IMG/VR virus record: IMGVR_UViG_3300027909_000048
Coordinates: 1 to 35,259 of that record
DNA: 35,259 bases
From: a virus
Taxonomy: Duplodnaviria; Caudoviricetes
Strand: one strand, 5' to 3'
Shown here: positions 27,293 through 35,149 of the stretch, in pieces
Layout of the letters: each line of letters begins with the position of its first letter
How positions within the stretch are numbered: position 1 is the first letter of the stretch
Notes under the pieces: model-generated
The model's input: the letters and a program-made list of their open reading frames with translations, nothing else
What the model was told of the DNA's origin: nothing
Database searches by the model: none
Made by a program: the position numbers and the translations under genes

Positions 27293-28445
27293 ATTCCTCC
27301 ACACGCTCAGGTTCAATCACACCAAGGTCACTCGTGTCGACCTGTACAGAGATGCTCAGCCTCTTGTGACGAACCTGCCGTTGCTCGCAGCTACCGTCGA
27401 CGACGACTTCACTGCGGACGTTCGCAAGCGTTGCGAGGTGGTCCTGCCAGCCACGGCAGAGATCATGGAGATGCTACCGAGCCAGGCTTCGGGCAAGGGA
27501 GGCCTCTGGCCGCTCGGCAACGAGATACGTATTCTGAGCGGCATCCAATACTCGGACGGAGAAGAAGAACTCGTGCCCATGGGCGTCTTCCGCATCTCCG
27601 CTCCGCAGATCAGGACGGACTCTAGTGGAGAACGCACTGTCGTGATCCAGGGCTACGATCGCTCTCGAGCGGTAAGCCGTAACAGATTCATCGAGCCGTA
27701 CATCATCCCCGTGGAGGCGCTGGACGTTCCCTTAGAAATCAAGCGCCTAGTGCAGAATCGTCTTCCGATTCTTGAAGACAGTGACTTCGTGCTGACGGCC
27801 TCGTCTTTCAATCCACCGTCTAGAACCTTCCTTCGTGACAACGATCCATGGAAGGATGCTGCCGTGCAGATGGCGCAGGGCATCGGTGCTGAAGTTCTGT
27901 TCGACGGCATCGGTCGTCTAGTGGTTCGCCCGGCTCCTGACCCCGTTGCCGATCCTGTCGTGTTCGACTACATAGGAGACTCAGAGGCTACCATCCTCGA
28001 TCTCACCAGAAGCTTGGATGACGAACAGGGCTACAACGGCGTCGTCGCTAGCAGTCAGTCCACATCCAACTCAGACACGTACGAAGGCCAGTACTGGGAT
28101 ACCGATCCAGCGTCGCCCACGTACTTTGATCCCATGTATCCAGCTCAGTCGATCTACGGCGCTGTGCCGTACTTCTTCGTGAGCGAGTACATAAGCAGCG
28201 ATCAGCAAGCCAAGGACGCTGCAAAGGCGATCTTCAACCGTGTGACTGGTGTGATGGAGACATACGACTTCAGTGCGATCTGCAACCCGGCACACGAGTC
28301 TGGCGACACCGTTAAGGTTCAGATAGATGATGCGAACGCAGATGACGTCAACATTCTCAACGTCATTCACTTTGATCTGGTCGAAGGCGTCATGACTGCG
28401 CAGACGAGACGTCGGGCTATCGGATCGGTGGGGCACGTCCGATGA
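27273..28445 (+). CDS. minor tail / baseplate hub protein (DUF5047-like)
   Basis: E.VP.GVFRI, GYDRS, FDG.G.LV.RP, YNGVV and NPAHE.GD motifs. Confidence 0.8.
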   Translation: MWPVTLRFLHTLRFNHTKVTRVDLYRDAQPLVTNLPLLAATVDDDFTADVRKRCEVVLPATAEIMEMLPSQASGKGGLWPLGNEIRILSGIQYSDGEEELVPMGVFRISAPQIRTDSSGERTVVIQGYDRSRAVSRNRFIEPYIIPVEALDVPLEIKRLVQNRLPILEDSDFVLTASSFNPPSRTFLRDNDPWKDAAVQMAQGIGAEVLFDGIGRLVVRPAPDPVADPVVFDYIGDSEATILDLTRSLDDEQGYNGVVASSQSTSNSDTYEGQYWDTDPASPTYFDPMYPAQSIYGAVPYFFVSEYISSDQQAKDAAKAIFNRVTGVMETYDFSAICNPAHESGDTVKVQIDDANADDVNILNVIHFDLVEGVMTAQTRRRAIGSVGHVR

Positions 28446-29797
28446 CTGCTCTCGACCGAATGATCCAAGAGCTCGCTCGGCTTCAGGCCCCTCAGCGAGC
28501 GGCGGCGGACAGCAGCCCATACGCTCACGTGATGCAGGGCGTTGTCACTGGCGTTCATCTGGGTGGCGTTGACGTGTTGATCCGAGGCCAGGTCAACATT
28601 GTTCCTCGGGTCCCTTATCTGACCACGTACAAGCCAGGATGGGGAGACAACGTTTGGATCCTCAGATGGGGTAGCGACCACTTCGTACTCGGCGACTTGG
28701 TTCCTACAGCGGTCAACGAGAAGATAGACAAGATCGAGCCCTGGAAAGAAGTCGGTGTCGGTAGCAATCCTGCCTTCCTGAACTCGTGGGTGAACTACGG
28801 TGCTGGTTGGGATACTGCGGCTTTCGCTAAGCAGAGCGACGGCTGGGTTCGCATGAAGGGGTTGATCAAGAACGGGACGATCAACAGCAACTTCTTCATT
28901 CTTCCCGAGGAGTACAGGCCGCCCTTCCTCTGGGGAGCAACCGTACTCGCCAACGATGTCAACCAGCAGATCACCATCCAATCCAACGGCGCAATCATTG
29001 CGAACGCTGGCACGAACGCCTACATCAGTCTCAACGGAGCAACTTGGCCCACCGTTGAATCGTGGGAGAGGGAACGAGATACTCATTGGTTTAGCCTGAT
29101 GAGATCTCAGAACGGCTGGTTCGGAGATAGTGCTGTCAACGGCATCGACACCTTTCCCCAGATCTACAGGCGCCCAGACGGGTGGCGGTATCTCAAGGGC
29201 AACATCATTGGTGGTACTGCTACGGATCACACTGCGATCTGGTTTGGTATCGTCATGCCAGAGGACTCGACTCTTTACTACGAACGAATGACGATTCACG
29301 AGCAGGGCGTTGGATTTGCGTTGATGGATGTGGCTAGTGACGTCGGGATGTATCAGAGGGTCATCGGCGGTGCCAGTGGGAAGCTGATCCTCGTGAATGC
29401 GAACTATTGGTCTCGCATAGGTGAGAACCTCTTCTCTGCTGACCCCAACTACCTCAACAAGTCCATGCAGGTTTGGAAAGAGTTCAGCTTCCTCAACGGA
29501 TGGGTCAACTACAACACGGGATCAGGACCGACCAGCGCCTGGAGGAAGTGTCAGTACTTCAAGGACGACTTTGGAGTGGTTCACATCCGAGGACTAGCGA
29601 ACGGGGCCAGCAAGACCAGCAACATCGTCACTCAGTTGCCAGTTGGCTATCGACCTGGAGGCAACCAACTCTTCCCTACATCTGTCAACGGGGAAGTCTC
29701 TGGTCGTCTCAACGTTTATCCCAACGGAGATGTTGAAATTCAGAGTGCGCCTGCCGGATGGGCTTCAATAGTCGGAACATGGAAGGCTGATCTATGA
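28442..29797 (+). CDS. minor tail / receptor-binding protein
   Basis: N-terminal OB-like spike motif (Y.P..GD.VW......VLG) followed by three NGW...G.V...G...LP..YRP-type domains. Confidence 0.75.
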   Translation: MTALDRMIQELARLQAPQRAAADSSPYAHVMQGVVTGVHLGGVDVLIRGQVNIVPRVPYLTTYKPGWGDNVWILRWGSDHFVLGDLVPTAVNEKIDKIEPWKEVGVGSNPAFLNSWVNYGAGWDTAAFAKQSDGWVRMKGLIKNGTINSNFFILPEEYRPPFLWGATVLANDVNQQITIQSNGAIIANAGTNAYISLNGATWPTVESWERERDTHWFSLMRSQNGWFGDSAVNGIDTFPQIYRRPDGWRYLKGNIIGGTATDHTAIWFGIVMPEDSTLYYERMTIHEQGVGFALMDVASDVGMYQRVIGGASGKLILVNANYWSRIGENLFSADPNYLNKSMQVWKEFSFLNGWVNYNTGSGPTSAWRKCQYFKDDFGVVHIRGLANGASKTSNIVTQLPVGYRPGGNQLFPTSVNGEVSGRLNVYPNGDVEIQSAPAGWASIVGTWKADL

Positions 29798-30045
29798 CGA
29801 AGATCCCCGATCTAGCTGAAGTTCTCACGCACAACGACTTCCCCAAGCTGCATGCGTCTGTTCAGGAGAAGCGTGACGCAGGCCAGCCGATGGAGGACAT
29901 CGCCGAGACCGTGGCTGCGGAGGTGTTGCAGAGGATCAAGGACGGCGACATCAATGGCGCCGACAGTCTTCTGTTCCACGCCGTGCACGCTGGGGTTCGA
30001 CCGAGCCTGCTCTTCACGGAGGCTCAGAAGACCTCGAAACAATAG
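29794..30045 (+). CDS. hypothetical protein
   Basis: ATGA coupling; 83 aa. Confidence 0.6.
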   Translation: MTKIPDLAEVLTHNDFPKLHASVQEKRDAGQPMEDIAETVAAEVLQRIKDGDINGADSLLFHAVHAGVRPSLLFTEAQKTSKQ

Positions 30046-30056
30046 AAAGGAGAGAT

Positions 30057-31199
30057 ATGCCCAGTGGAATGGATTATGCGTTCGCACATCCGAACCTCGA
30101 CTGCGCCGTGGGTAAGGGCGTGAGCTTCGTCGCTCGGTACATCGGCGATCCAGACCCCAACCCACTGAAGTATCTCGACCTCCCCGAACTTGGGCAGCTT
30201 CGCAGTAGGGGCCTGAGTGTGGTGGCATGTCGAGAAACGACAGCCGGGTTCATGTTCACCGACAGCGGAGACACGCATGCTCGCATCAGCAGGCATCACT
30301 TGCGTGATCTCGGCATGCACGATGCGCCAGTGTTCTACGCCTGTGACGTTGACTTCCGTGGTCTGACGCAGAGGCAGAAGGATGCTGGCACAGAGTTCCT
30401 GAGGGACGCTGCGAGGGTAGACGGAGGGCGAGACTTCGTCGGGTTGTACGGCAGTGATGATGCGATCGACTACTGGGTCGGTACGGACTTCTGCCGGTGG
30501 GGCTGGCAGACATACGCCTGGAGCAGCGGTCGTGTCTCGCCGAAGGCTCACTTCCGCCAGTACCTGAACGGTCAGAACTTCTGCGGCGGCATCGTCGACT
30601 ACAACGAGACCTATGCGGACGACTTCGGTCAGTGGCCGAGGCCGACCGGTCAACCACCCACCCCCGAGAAACCAAAGGACCGAGACATGTACTTCTTGAT
30701 CAAGGGCGCAGAGAAGCCCGAGGTCTACGTCACCAACCTGTTCGACAAGTTCTGGCTGTGGAGCCAAGACGTCGTCAACATCTACATGTGGATGATCCGT
30801 GCCAACGGCGGCATCATCGTGGCCAACGACGACAACACCCCTCAGGTCTGGGATCAGGATCACGTCGACAGCCTGCGCACTGTGCCGACGCCGGGCAGCG
30901 GGCCTGATGATCAGGCGCTCGACTTCGTCAAGGACCCGGAGGGCAAGGACGGAGTCTGGCTCGTTCTCTTTAGTTCGCATCGGTGGTTCATCGACACGAG
31001 CGACGACGAGGGCAAGACCGTCCTCAGCCATACTCAGAACCACTGGGCTGCCCGTGGCTATGACACTGCGATCAAGGACTGGAGCCCTCAGGATCTGCTC
31101 AGGATTCCGATCACCGGCTCCGCCTCTGCTCCTCCCGCAGGCCCCGTCGCATGGCCCGCCGAGGGCAGCGTGGTCGGCAAGATCACGTTCACGGAGTAG
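30057..31199 (+). CDS. endolysin, DUF1906/Rv2525c-like (GH25-related) catalytic domain
   Basis: G.DY, FVARYI, PVFYACDVD, GLYG, WQTYAWS.G and D.NE..ADDFGQW motifs; Pro linker; C-terminal binding region. Confidence 0.85.
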   Translation: MPSGMDYAFAHPNLDCAVGKGVSFVARYIGDPDPNPLKYLDLPELGQLRSRGLSVVACRETTAGFMFTDSGDTHARISRHHLRDLGMHDAPVFYACDVDFRGLTQRQKDAGTEFLRDAARVDGGRDFVGLYGSDDAIDYWVGTDFCRWGWQTYAWSSGRVSPKAHFRQYLNGQNFCGGIVDYNETYADDFGQWPRPTGQPPTPEKPKDRDMYFLIKGAEKPEVYVTNLFDKFWLWSQDVVNIYMWMIRANGGIIVANDDNTPQVWDQDHVDSLRTVPTPGSGPDDQALDFVKDPEGKDGVWLVLFSSHRWFIDTSDDEGKTVLSHTQNHWAARGYDTAIKDWSPQDLLRIPITGSASAPPAGPVAWPAEGSVVGKITFTE

Positions 31200-31205
31200 C
31201 AATTA

Positions 31206-31547
31206 GTGGAACCTCTCGCCGCCGGTGCAGTGATTCTCTCAGCTATTGCTGCACTTCTTGGAGGATTCGCCGCTCTTCGTCAACGTAGGACTGAAGACGC
31301 CAGCTTGCTGGTGACCGGCATGAGAGACCACATGCGGATGTTGAGCGAGGAGAACACGGAACTTCGTGGCCGAGCTCAGAAAGCGGAGGACAGGCTTTAC
31401 GAACAAGCTCGTGTTTACGACGAGAAGTTCTACACGTCCAATCAGATGATCGGTGAACTTCGGGAGCGGGTGGCTGCGTGTGACGCAGACAAGAACCGCT
31501 TAAGGATGGAACTCGATGCGCTCAAGCGAGAAGTCCGAGGCACTTAA
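31206..31547 (+). CDS. lysis-cassette membrane protein (N-terminal TM + coiled coil)
   Basis: Hydrophobic N-terminus, heptad-rich C-terminus. Confidence 0.7.
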   Translation: MEPLAAGAVILSAIAALLGGFAALRQRRTEDASLLVTGMRDHMRMLSEENTELRGRAQKAEDRLYEQARVYDEKFYTSNQMIGELRERVAACDADKNRLRMELDALKREVRGT

Positions 31548-31551
31548 CGGC

Positions 31552-31884
31552 ATGAACCGGTTCGTCAGAACTGAGAGGATCAAGACTTGGTCGTTCTTGA
31601 TTCTGGCTTTCGCTGGCATTGTCTGGGCGGTAGCCATGATCGTGCTTGTGTTCAGCTACGACGATCTTGTCAACAAGAACGAGAGGCTCGTCGTAGTCAT
31701 ACAAGACCTAGAGACTCAGAACGATGAACTGAGCGATCGTCTTCAATGCCGGATTGACCAGAACGACGACATCATTCGTACGATTGGCCAAGGACTTGTC
31801 GCTGTTGCTCGAGGAGATGACACGGCTCTAGAGGTCGAAGCGCAGCACATCATCGATCTTACCAATCAGGAACCATGTAACTGA
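31552..31884 (+). CDS. lysis-cassette membrane protein (single TM)
   Basis: TM segment followed by a coiled coil with two Cys. Confidence 0.65.
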   Translation: MNRFVRTERIKTWSFLILAFAGIVWAVAMIVLVFSYDDLVNKNERLVVVIQDLETQNDELSDRLQCRIDQNDDIIRTIGQGLVAVARGDDTALEVEAQHIIDLTNQEPCN

Positions 31885-31893
31885 GGAGACAAC

Positions 31894-32160
31894 ATGTTCA
31901 ACTGGCAGGCAATCTTCGTGCGAATGGCCGTCACGTTCGCACAGGCAGCGCTCCCGCTCGTCTACGTCAACAACGAGGTGGACCTGAGCGGGTGGCAGAA
32001 CGCAGTGATGATCGGTGGTGCTGCTGTGCTGTCACTGCTGTACAACCTCGGGCGCCAGTGGCTCGACGCACGGCAGGGCGCACCCAACCTGGAGGGCGCC
32101 AGGCAGGACGCAGCCATCATCCCGATCCAGCGGGCAGCCGAACAGCGCCAGGCTGCCTAG
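31894..32160 (+). CDS. probable holin
   Basis: R...TFAQA ... AAVLSLL pattern reminiscent of r1t-type holins; last gene of the lysis cassette. Confidence 0.65.
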   Translation: MFNWQAIFVRMAVTFAQAALPLVYVNNEVDLSGWQNAVMIGGAAVLSLLYNLGRQWLDARQGAPNLEGARQDAAIIPIQRAAEQRQAA

Positions 32161-32171
32161 CTAGGGGGTCG

Positions 32172-32207
32172 CTCGGGGCGCCGGTGGCGGCTGGCGCCTC
32201 GAGTTTC
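32172..32207 (+). terminator. intrinsic terminator ending the late operon
   Basis: CTCGGGGCGCCGGT-GGCG-GCTGGCGCCTCGAG, a 14-bp stem followed by TTTC. Confidence 0.7.
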
Positions 32208-32248
32208 ACCTGGTAGAAGCGTTCTTTCTGGAAAGTTCGAGAAAGTCC

Positions 32249-32277
32249 TTGCGTTCGGGTTGTGGTAGGAGCATGAT
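32249..32277 (+). promoter_or_regulatory. sigma70/SigA-like early promoter
   Basis: TTGCGT-N17-CATGAT, with A/T-rich sequence upstream. Confidence 0.6.
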
Positions 32278-32287
32278 GATGTCACAA

Positions 32288-32311
32288 GCAAGGCAAGCCG
32301 CAAGGCAAGCC
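32288..32311. repeat. tandem 12-bp direct repeat GCAAGGCAAGCC x2
   Basis: Exact copies at 32288-32299 and 32300-32311, between the promoter and the RBS. Confidence 0.75.
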
Positions 32312-32331
32312 CTTACAAGTAGGAGTACCAA

Positions 32332-32574
32332 ATGCCCCGCAAGTTCACCACCAAGGACGGCGACCGCAGCAAGCAGACCCAGAAGCTGATCGTTCAGCTT
32401 CGGGACGGCAAGCAGGAGCTCTCCTGGGCTGCCATCGCCGAGCGTCTCGAGGTTTCGCCCCGCACCGTGCGTCGCATCTACGACGAGGTCAAGGGTGAGG
32501 GCGCCCACTTCGAGTCCCGACTGCCCGGCAAGGGCGGCCGCACCCGGCAGGCCGAGCAGGCCGAAGCCGAGTGA
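32332..32574 (+). CDS. HTH DNA-binding protein
   Basis: LSWAAIAERLEVSPRTVRRIY HTH; AGGAG RBS. Confidence 0.85.
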   Translation: MPRKFTTKDGDRSKQTQKLIVQLRDGKQELSWAAIAERLEVSPRTVRRIYDEVKGEGAHFESRLPGKGGRTRQAEQAEAE

Positions 32575-32581
32575 GCCAGCC

Positions 32582-32601
32582 GGGGGAGGGCAACCTCCCC
32601 C
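32582..32601 (+). other. GNRA-tetraloop hairpin
   Basis: GGGGGAGG-GCAA-CCTCCCCC, a perfect 8-bp stem. Confidence 0.7.
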
Positions 32602-32606
32602 ACCAC

Positions 32607-32666
32607 GGCACGCAAGGGGTCCGGAATCACGTTGCCGGACGGTAGGTTCAACTCCTGCCCGTGCCA
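32607..32666 (+). ncRNA. tRNA-like element lacking a D-arm
   Basis: Acceptor-like GGCACG/CGTGCC+A; T-arm GGTAGG-TTCAACT-CCTGCC; single internal hairpin GTCCGG/CCGGAC. Confidence 0.55.
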
Positions 32667-32668
32667 CT

Positions 32669-32737
32669 TGGAGTGCGGCGTAAATCCGCCGGCGAAGCTG
32701 GTAGGCCGCTGTAGCCTACGAGGGTAGCCGCACTCCA
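32669..32737 (+). ncRNA. multibranch structured RNA candidate
   Basis: 11-bp closing stem TGGAGTGCGGC/GCCGCACTCCA enclosing the hairpins CCGGC-GAA-GCTGG and TAGGC/GCCTA. Confidence 0.5.
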
Positions 32738-32755
32738 TTTACCTTAGGAGGAACA

Positions 32756-32935
32756 ATGAAGCCCCATTTCGCCAAGCCTACGCTTGTGACAGACGAAAGC
32801 AGGCGTGGTATCAAATTGGTTGCCGAGCCCATATGTCGCATCTGTGGTTTGCCCATCGAGCGCACTGCAAAGCATGCGGCTCCCGGCGCCTGGCGCCATG
32901 TCAAGGAGGAGGAACGATGCAAGCCAAGGAACTAA
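32756..32935 (+). CDS. small Zn-finger protein (59 aa)
   Basis: Read manually: AGGAGG RBS, MKPHFAKP...CRICGLPI...WRH......C. Confidence 0.65.
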   Translation: MKPHFAKPTLVTDESRRGIKLVAEPICRICGLPIERTAKHAAPGAWRHVKEEERCKPRN

Positions 32936-33090
32936 AGGCTGGCATGAAGGTCGTCAGCGGCAAGGTCGTGTGGACCGTGGCGAAGGTAACCCGCAACAAC
33001 GGCATGACCTACGCCATAGGAACCGACGCCAAGGGCGAGCGTTTCGCTCTGGTCAAGAAGGACGGCTGGACCATAGCCACCCAAAGTTGA
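32917..33090 (+). CDS. small SH3-like hypothetical protein
   Basis: AAGGAGGAGG RBS; MQAKELKAGMKV....VWTVAKV. Confidence 0.65.
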   Translation: MQAKELKAGMKVVSGKVVWTVAKVTRNNGMTYAIGTDAKGERFALVKKDGWTIATQS

Positions 33091-33104
33091 GCGCAATCGT
33101 CAGA

Positions 33105-33133
33105 TTGCCTTAGGCCAAGAGGTATGCTAGGAT
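33105..33133 (+). promoter_or_regulatory. sigma70/SigA-like early promoter with extended -10
   Basis: TTGCCT-N17-TAGGAT, preceded by TGC. Confidence 0.65.
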
Positions 33134-33163
33134 ATCCCTGTAAGCCCACGTTAGGAGTAGAGG

Positions 33164-33559
33164 ATGAGCAAGCGCCGCAAGAAGGGCGTGCGCAAGGGCA
33201 TGGAAGCGCAAGGCAGCTTCAGCCCGCCCGAGCGCAACCGAGCCGGTACCTACGGCACGCATCGCACGGCAGACATGGAGGAGGCACGTGAACGGCGCCT
33301 AGCTGCGCACCGTGACATCTCGAACACCTACTGCCACAAGTTCAACGACAGCGGCATGCGTGTGGTCGATAGCGAGGAACCGAAGCCGAGGTACATGACC
33401 TACGAGGAGGCGTTGCCAGCCATTCGTCGAGCACAGGCTCGTCAGGCTGAGGGCAGGCGCCTTGAGCGACTGGCCGATGAGCTTGGCTGTTGCGACCGTG
33501 GCACGATGGGCTGTTCCGTGAACCACGTAACCGGATACGAAAGGTGCGAGACCTGGTGA
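33164..33559 (+). CDS. hypothetical protein with C-terminal Cys/His cluster
   Basis: AGGAG RBS; CCDRGT.GC.VNH......CETW. Confidence 0.7.
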   Translation: MSKRRKKGVRKGMEAQGSFSPPERNRAGTYGTHRTADMEEARERRLAAHRDISNTYCHKFNDSGMRVVDSEEPKPRYMTYEEALPAIRRAQARQAEGRRLERLADELGCCDRGTMGCSVNHVTGYERCETW

Positions 33560-34158
33560 GCAACCAGACGACAAGACTGCGGCGCCAGCGGAAAGAGGTG
33601 GCTGCTGCTGAGGAATTCATCGACGGCGCTGTGGAGAAGGTAACTCGCCAGCGGGCGCCACGCACGTACGACTTCACGAGTGACGACATCATCCGGGAAC
33701 GGGACCACAAGGGCCAGTCGTGGCGCAAGGTCGCTCAGATACTGGGGCTAGGCAACCCTGGCGCAGCACGTACCGCCTACACGACATTGACAGGCGTGCA
33801 GCACAACCAGTCGCAGCCACTAGTGAAGCGCCAACCAAAGGGCAGCTTCAGCGGCAAGGGTGTCGACCGGCCCGGTTGGGACGACGACACTGACCAGGAC
33901 GAGATCATCGAGCGTGTGCAGGGCGAATGGATTCCTCCTCACGGGGAAGGGAAGAACTACGTGCCCGGGCACTTTCGGGGAAGCTTCGTGTCTGTTCGTC
34001 GCAATCACTTTGGTGTAAGCTGCCGTGAGGACATCTCGGTAGCCCGCATCGTAGGCTTCAACTTCGACTACGAGGACCACCTTGAGGTGGAGGTGGTAGA
34101 CAGAGACAACGGCGCACGCCGCACGTTCTACGTGACCGACATCTACGAAGTTCGTTAG
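33556..34158 (+). CDS. HTH + C-terminal SH3/WYL-like domain protein
   Basis: GTGA coupling; GQSWRKVAQILGLGNPGAART HTH; C-terminal D...GARRTFYVTDI.EVR. Confidence 0.7.
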   Translation: MSNQTTRLRRQRKEVAAAEEFIDGAVEKVTRQRAPRTYDFTSDDIIRERDHKGQSWRKVAQILGLGNPGAARTAYTTLTGVQHNQSQPLVKRQPKGSFSGKGVDRPGWDDDTDQDEIIERVQGEWIPPHGEGKNYVPGHFRGSFVSVRRNHFGVSCREDISVARIVGFNFDYEDHLEVEVVDRDNGARRTFYVTDIYEVR

Positions 34159-34171
34159 GAGAAACAGGACA

Positions 34172-35149
34172 ATGGAACCCGACGCCAAGAAGATCGATGA
34201 CATCCTGCGGAAGGTGGAGGCGCTGCTGGCAAAGGCCGAGTCGACCACCTTCCCCGAAGAAGCCAAGTCATGCAGGGCCAAGGCCGAAGCTCTGATGTAC
34301 CAGTACCGCATCGAAGAGGCCATGCTCCAGAAAGCCAGCCCGGTCGGCGTTCTTCCTTCGTGGAGGAAGATCGTGGTGTGCAGCTACGGAGAGTTCTCCT
34401 CGACGTACCGGTACCTCGCTTCGTCTGTGGTCGTGCACTTCGAGTGCAAGGCTTGCTTCCTGTACGAGAACGGCACAACCTACTACATGGACGTGTGCGG
34501 GTACGAGAGCGACCTGATGTTCATCGACGCACTGTGGCAGTCCATCCGCCTGGCGTTCGCTGACCGCATGGAGCCGAAGTTCAACCCGGCTGAGTCGCAT
34601 CAGGTCAACGCCTACCGCATGCGCAAGGCTGGCATGGAGGGGCGACGCATCGCCGAGCTCATCTACGGCCGAGACGACAGGAGCCTGCGGCCGAAGGTGC
34701 GAGAGATGTTCAAGCGTGAGGCCATCAAGCGTGGTGAGGACCCGGCGCCGTTGCTCGGCAAGGGCGTGAACGTGAAGGGCTACCGGGCCAGCTACGCCGA
34801 TGCGTTCGACCGTGAGATCTGGATAAGGCTGAACCTGATGAAGCAGGCTCGTGGCGAAGAGTCGCAGGCGCTTGTGATGGCGGATCGGTCGAACGTGATC
34901 GCCGAGACCTTCTACGAGAAGTATCCGAAGCTTCGCCCCGCTCCCGCAGCCACGCCCCGCATCGGAACAGGGCAGGACACGTGCCCGAAGTGCGCCAAGG
35001 CGAAGTCCGGCTACTGCCGAGAGCATAGCTACCTGAGGCCCAGCATGGCTCGGTCTCGGGGGCCACGGCACAACTACCACGGCGCTGCTGCTGGTCGTGC
35101 GGCTGCCCGGTCTGTGGACCTTGGCACGAAGGGGAGGCTGGACCGATGA
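34172..35149 (+). CDS. DUF2786-domain protein
   Basis: N-terminal KV.ALLAKAEST.FPEEA.....KA..LM..Y.I; G..SD; C-terminal G..AGRAAA..VDL. Confidence 0.8.
   Translation: MEPDAKKIDDILRKVEALLAKAESTTFPEEAKSCRAKAEALMYQYRIEEAMLQKASPVGVLPSWRKIVVCSYGEFSSTYRYLASSVVVHFECKACFLYENGTTYYMDVCGYESDLMFIDALWQSIRLAFADRMEPKFNPAESHQVNAYRMRKAGMEGRRIAELIYGRDDRSLRPKVREMFKREAIKRGEDPAPLLGKGVNVKGYRASYADAFDREIWIRLNLMKQARGEESQALVMADRSNVIAETFYEKYPKLRPAPAATPRIGTGQDTCPKCAKAKSGYCREHSYLRPSMARSRGPRHNYHGAAAGRAAARSVDLGTKGRLDR

Noticed and set aside
32607-32666. Canonical tRNA (e.g. Val-CAC) call
   Set aside because: There is no D-arm, the acceptor stem is 6 bp and the loop is not a 7-nt anticodon loop; it is reported as tRNA-like only.
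32669-32745. Theta/HDV-like or twister ribozyme after the tRNA-like element
   Set aside because: The closing-stem topology does not fit the HDV nested double pseudoknot, and the twister and hammerhead conserved cores could not be placed.
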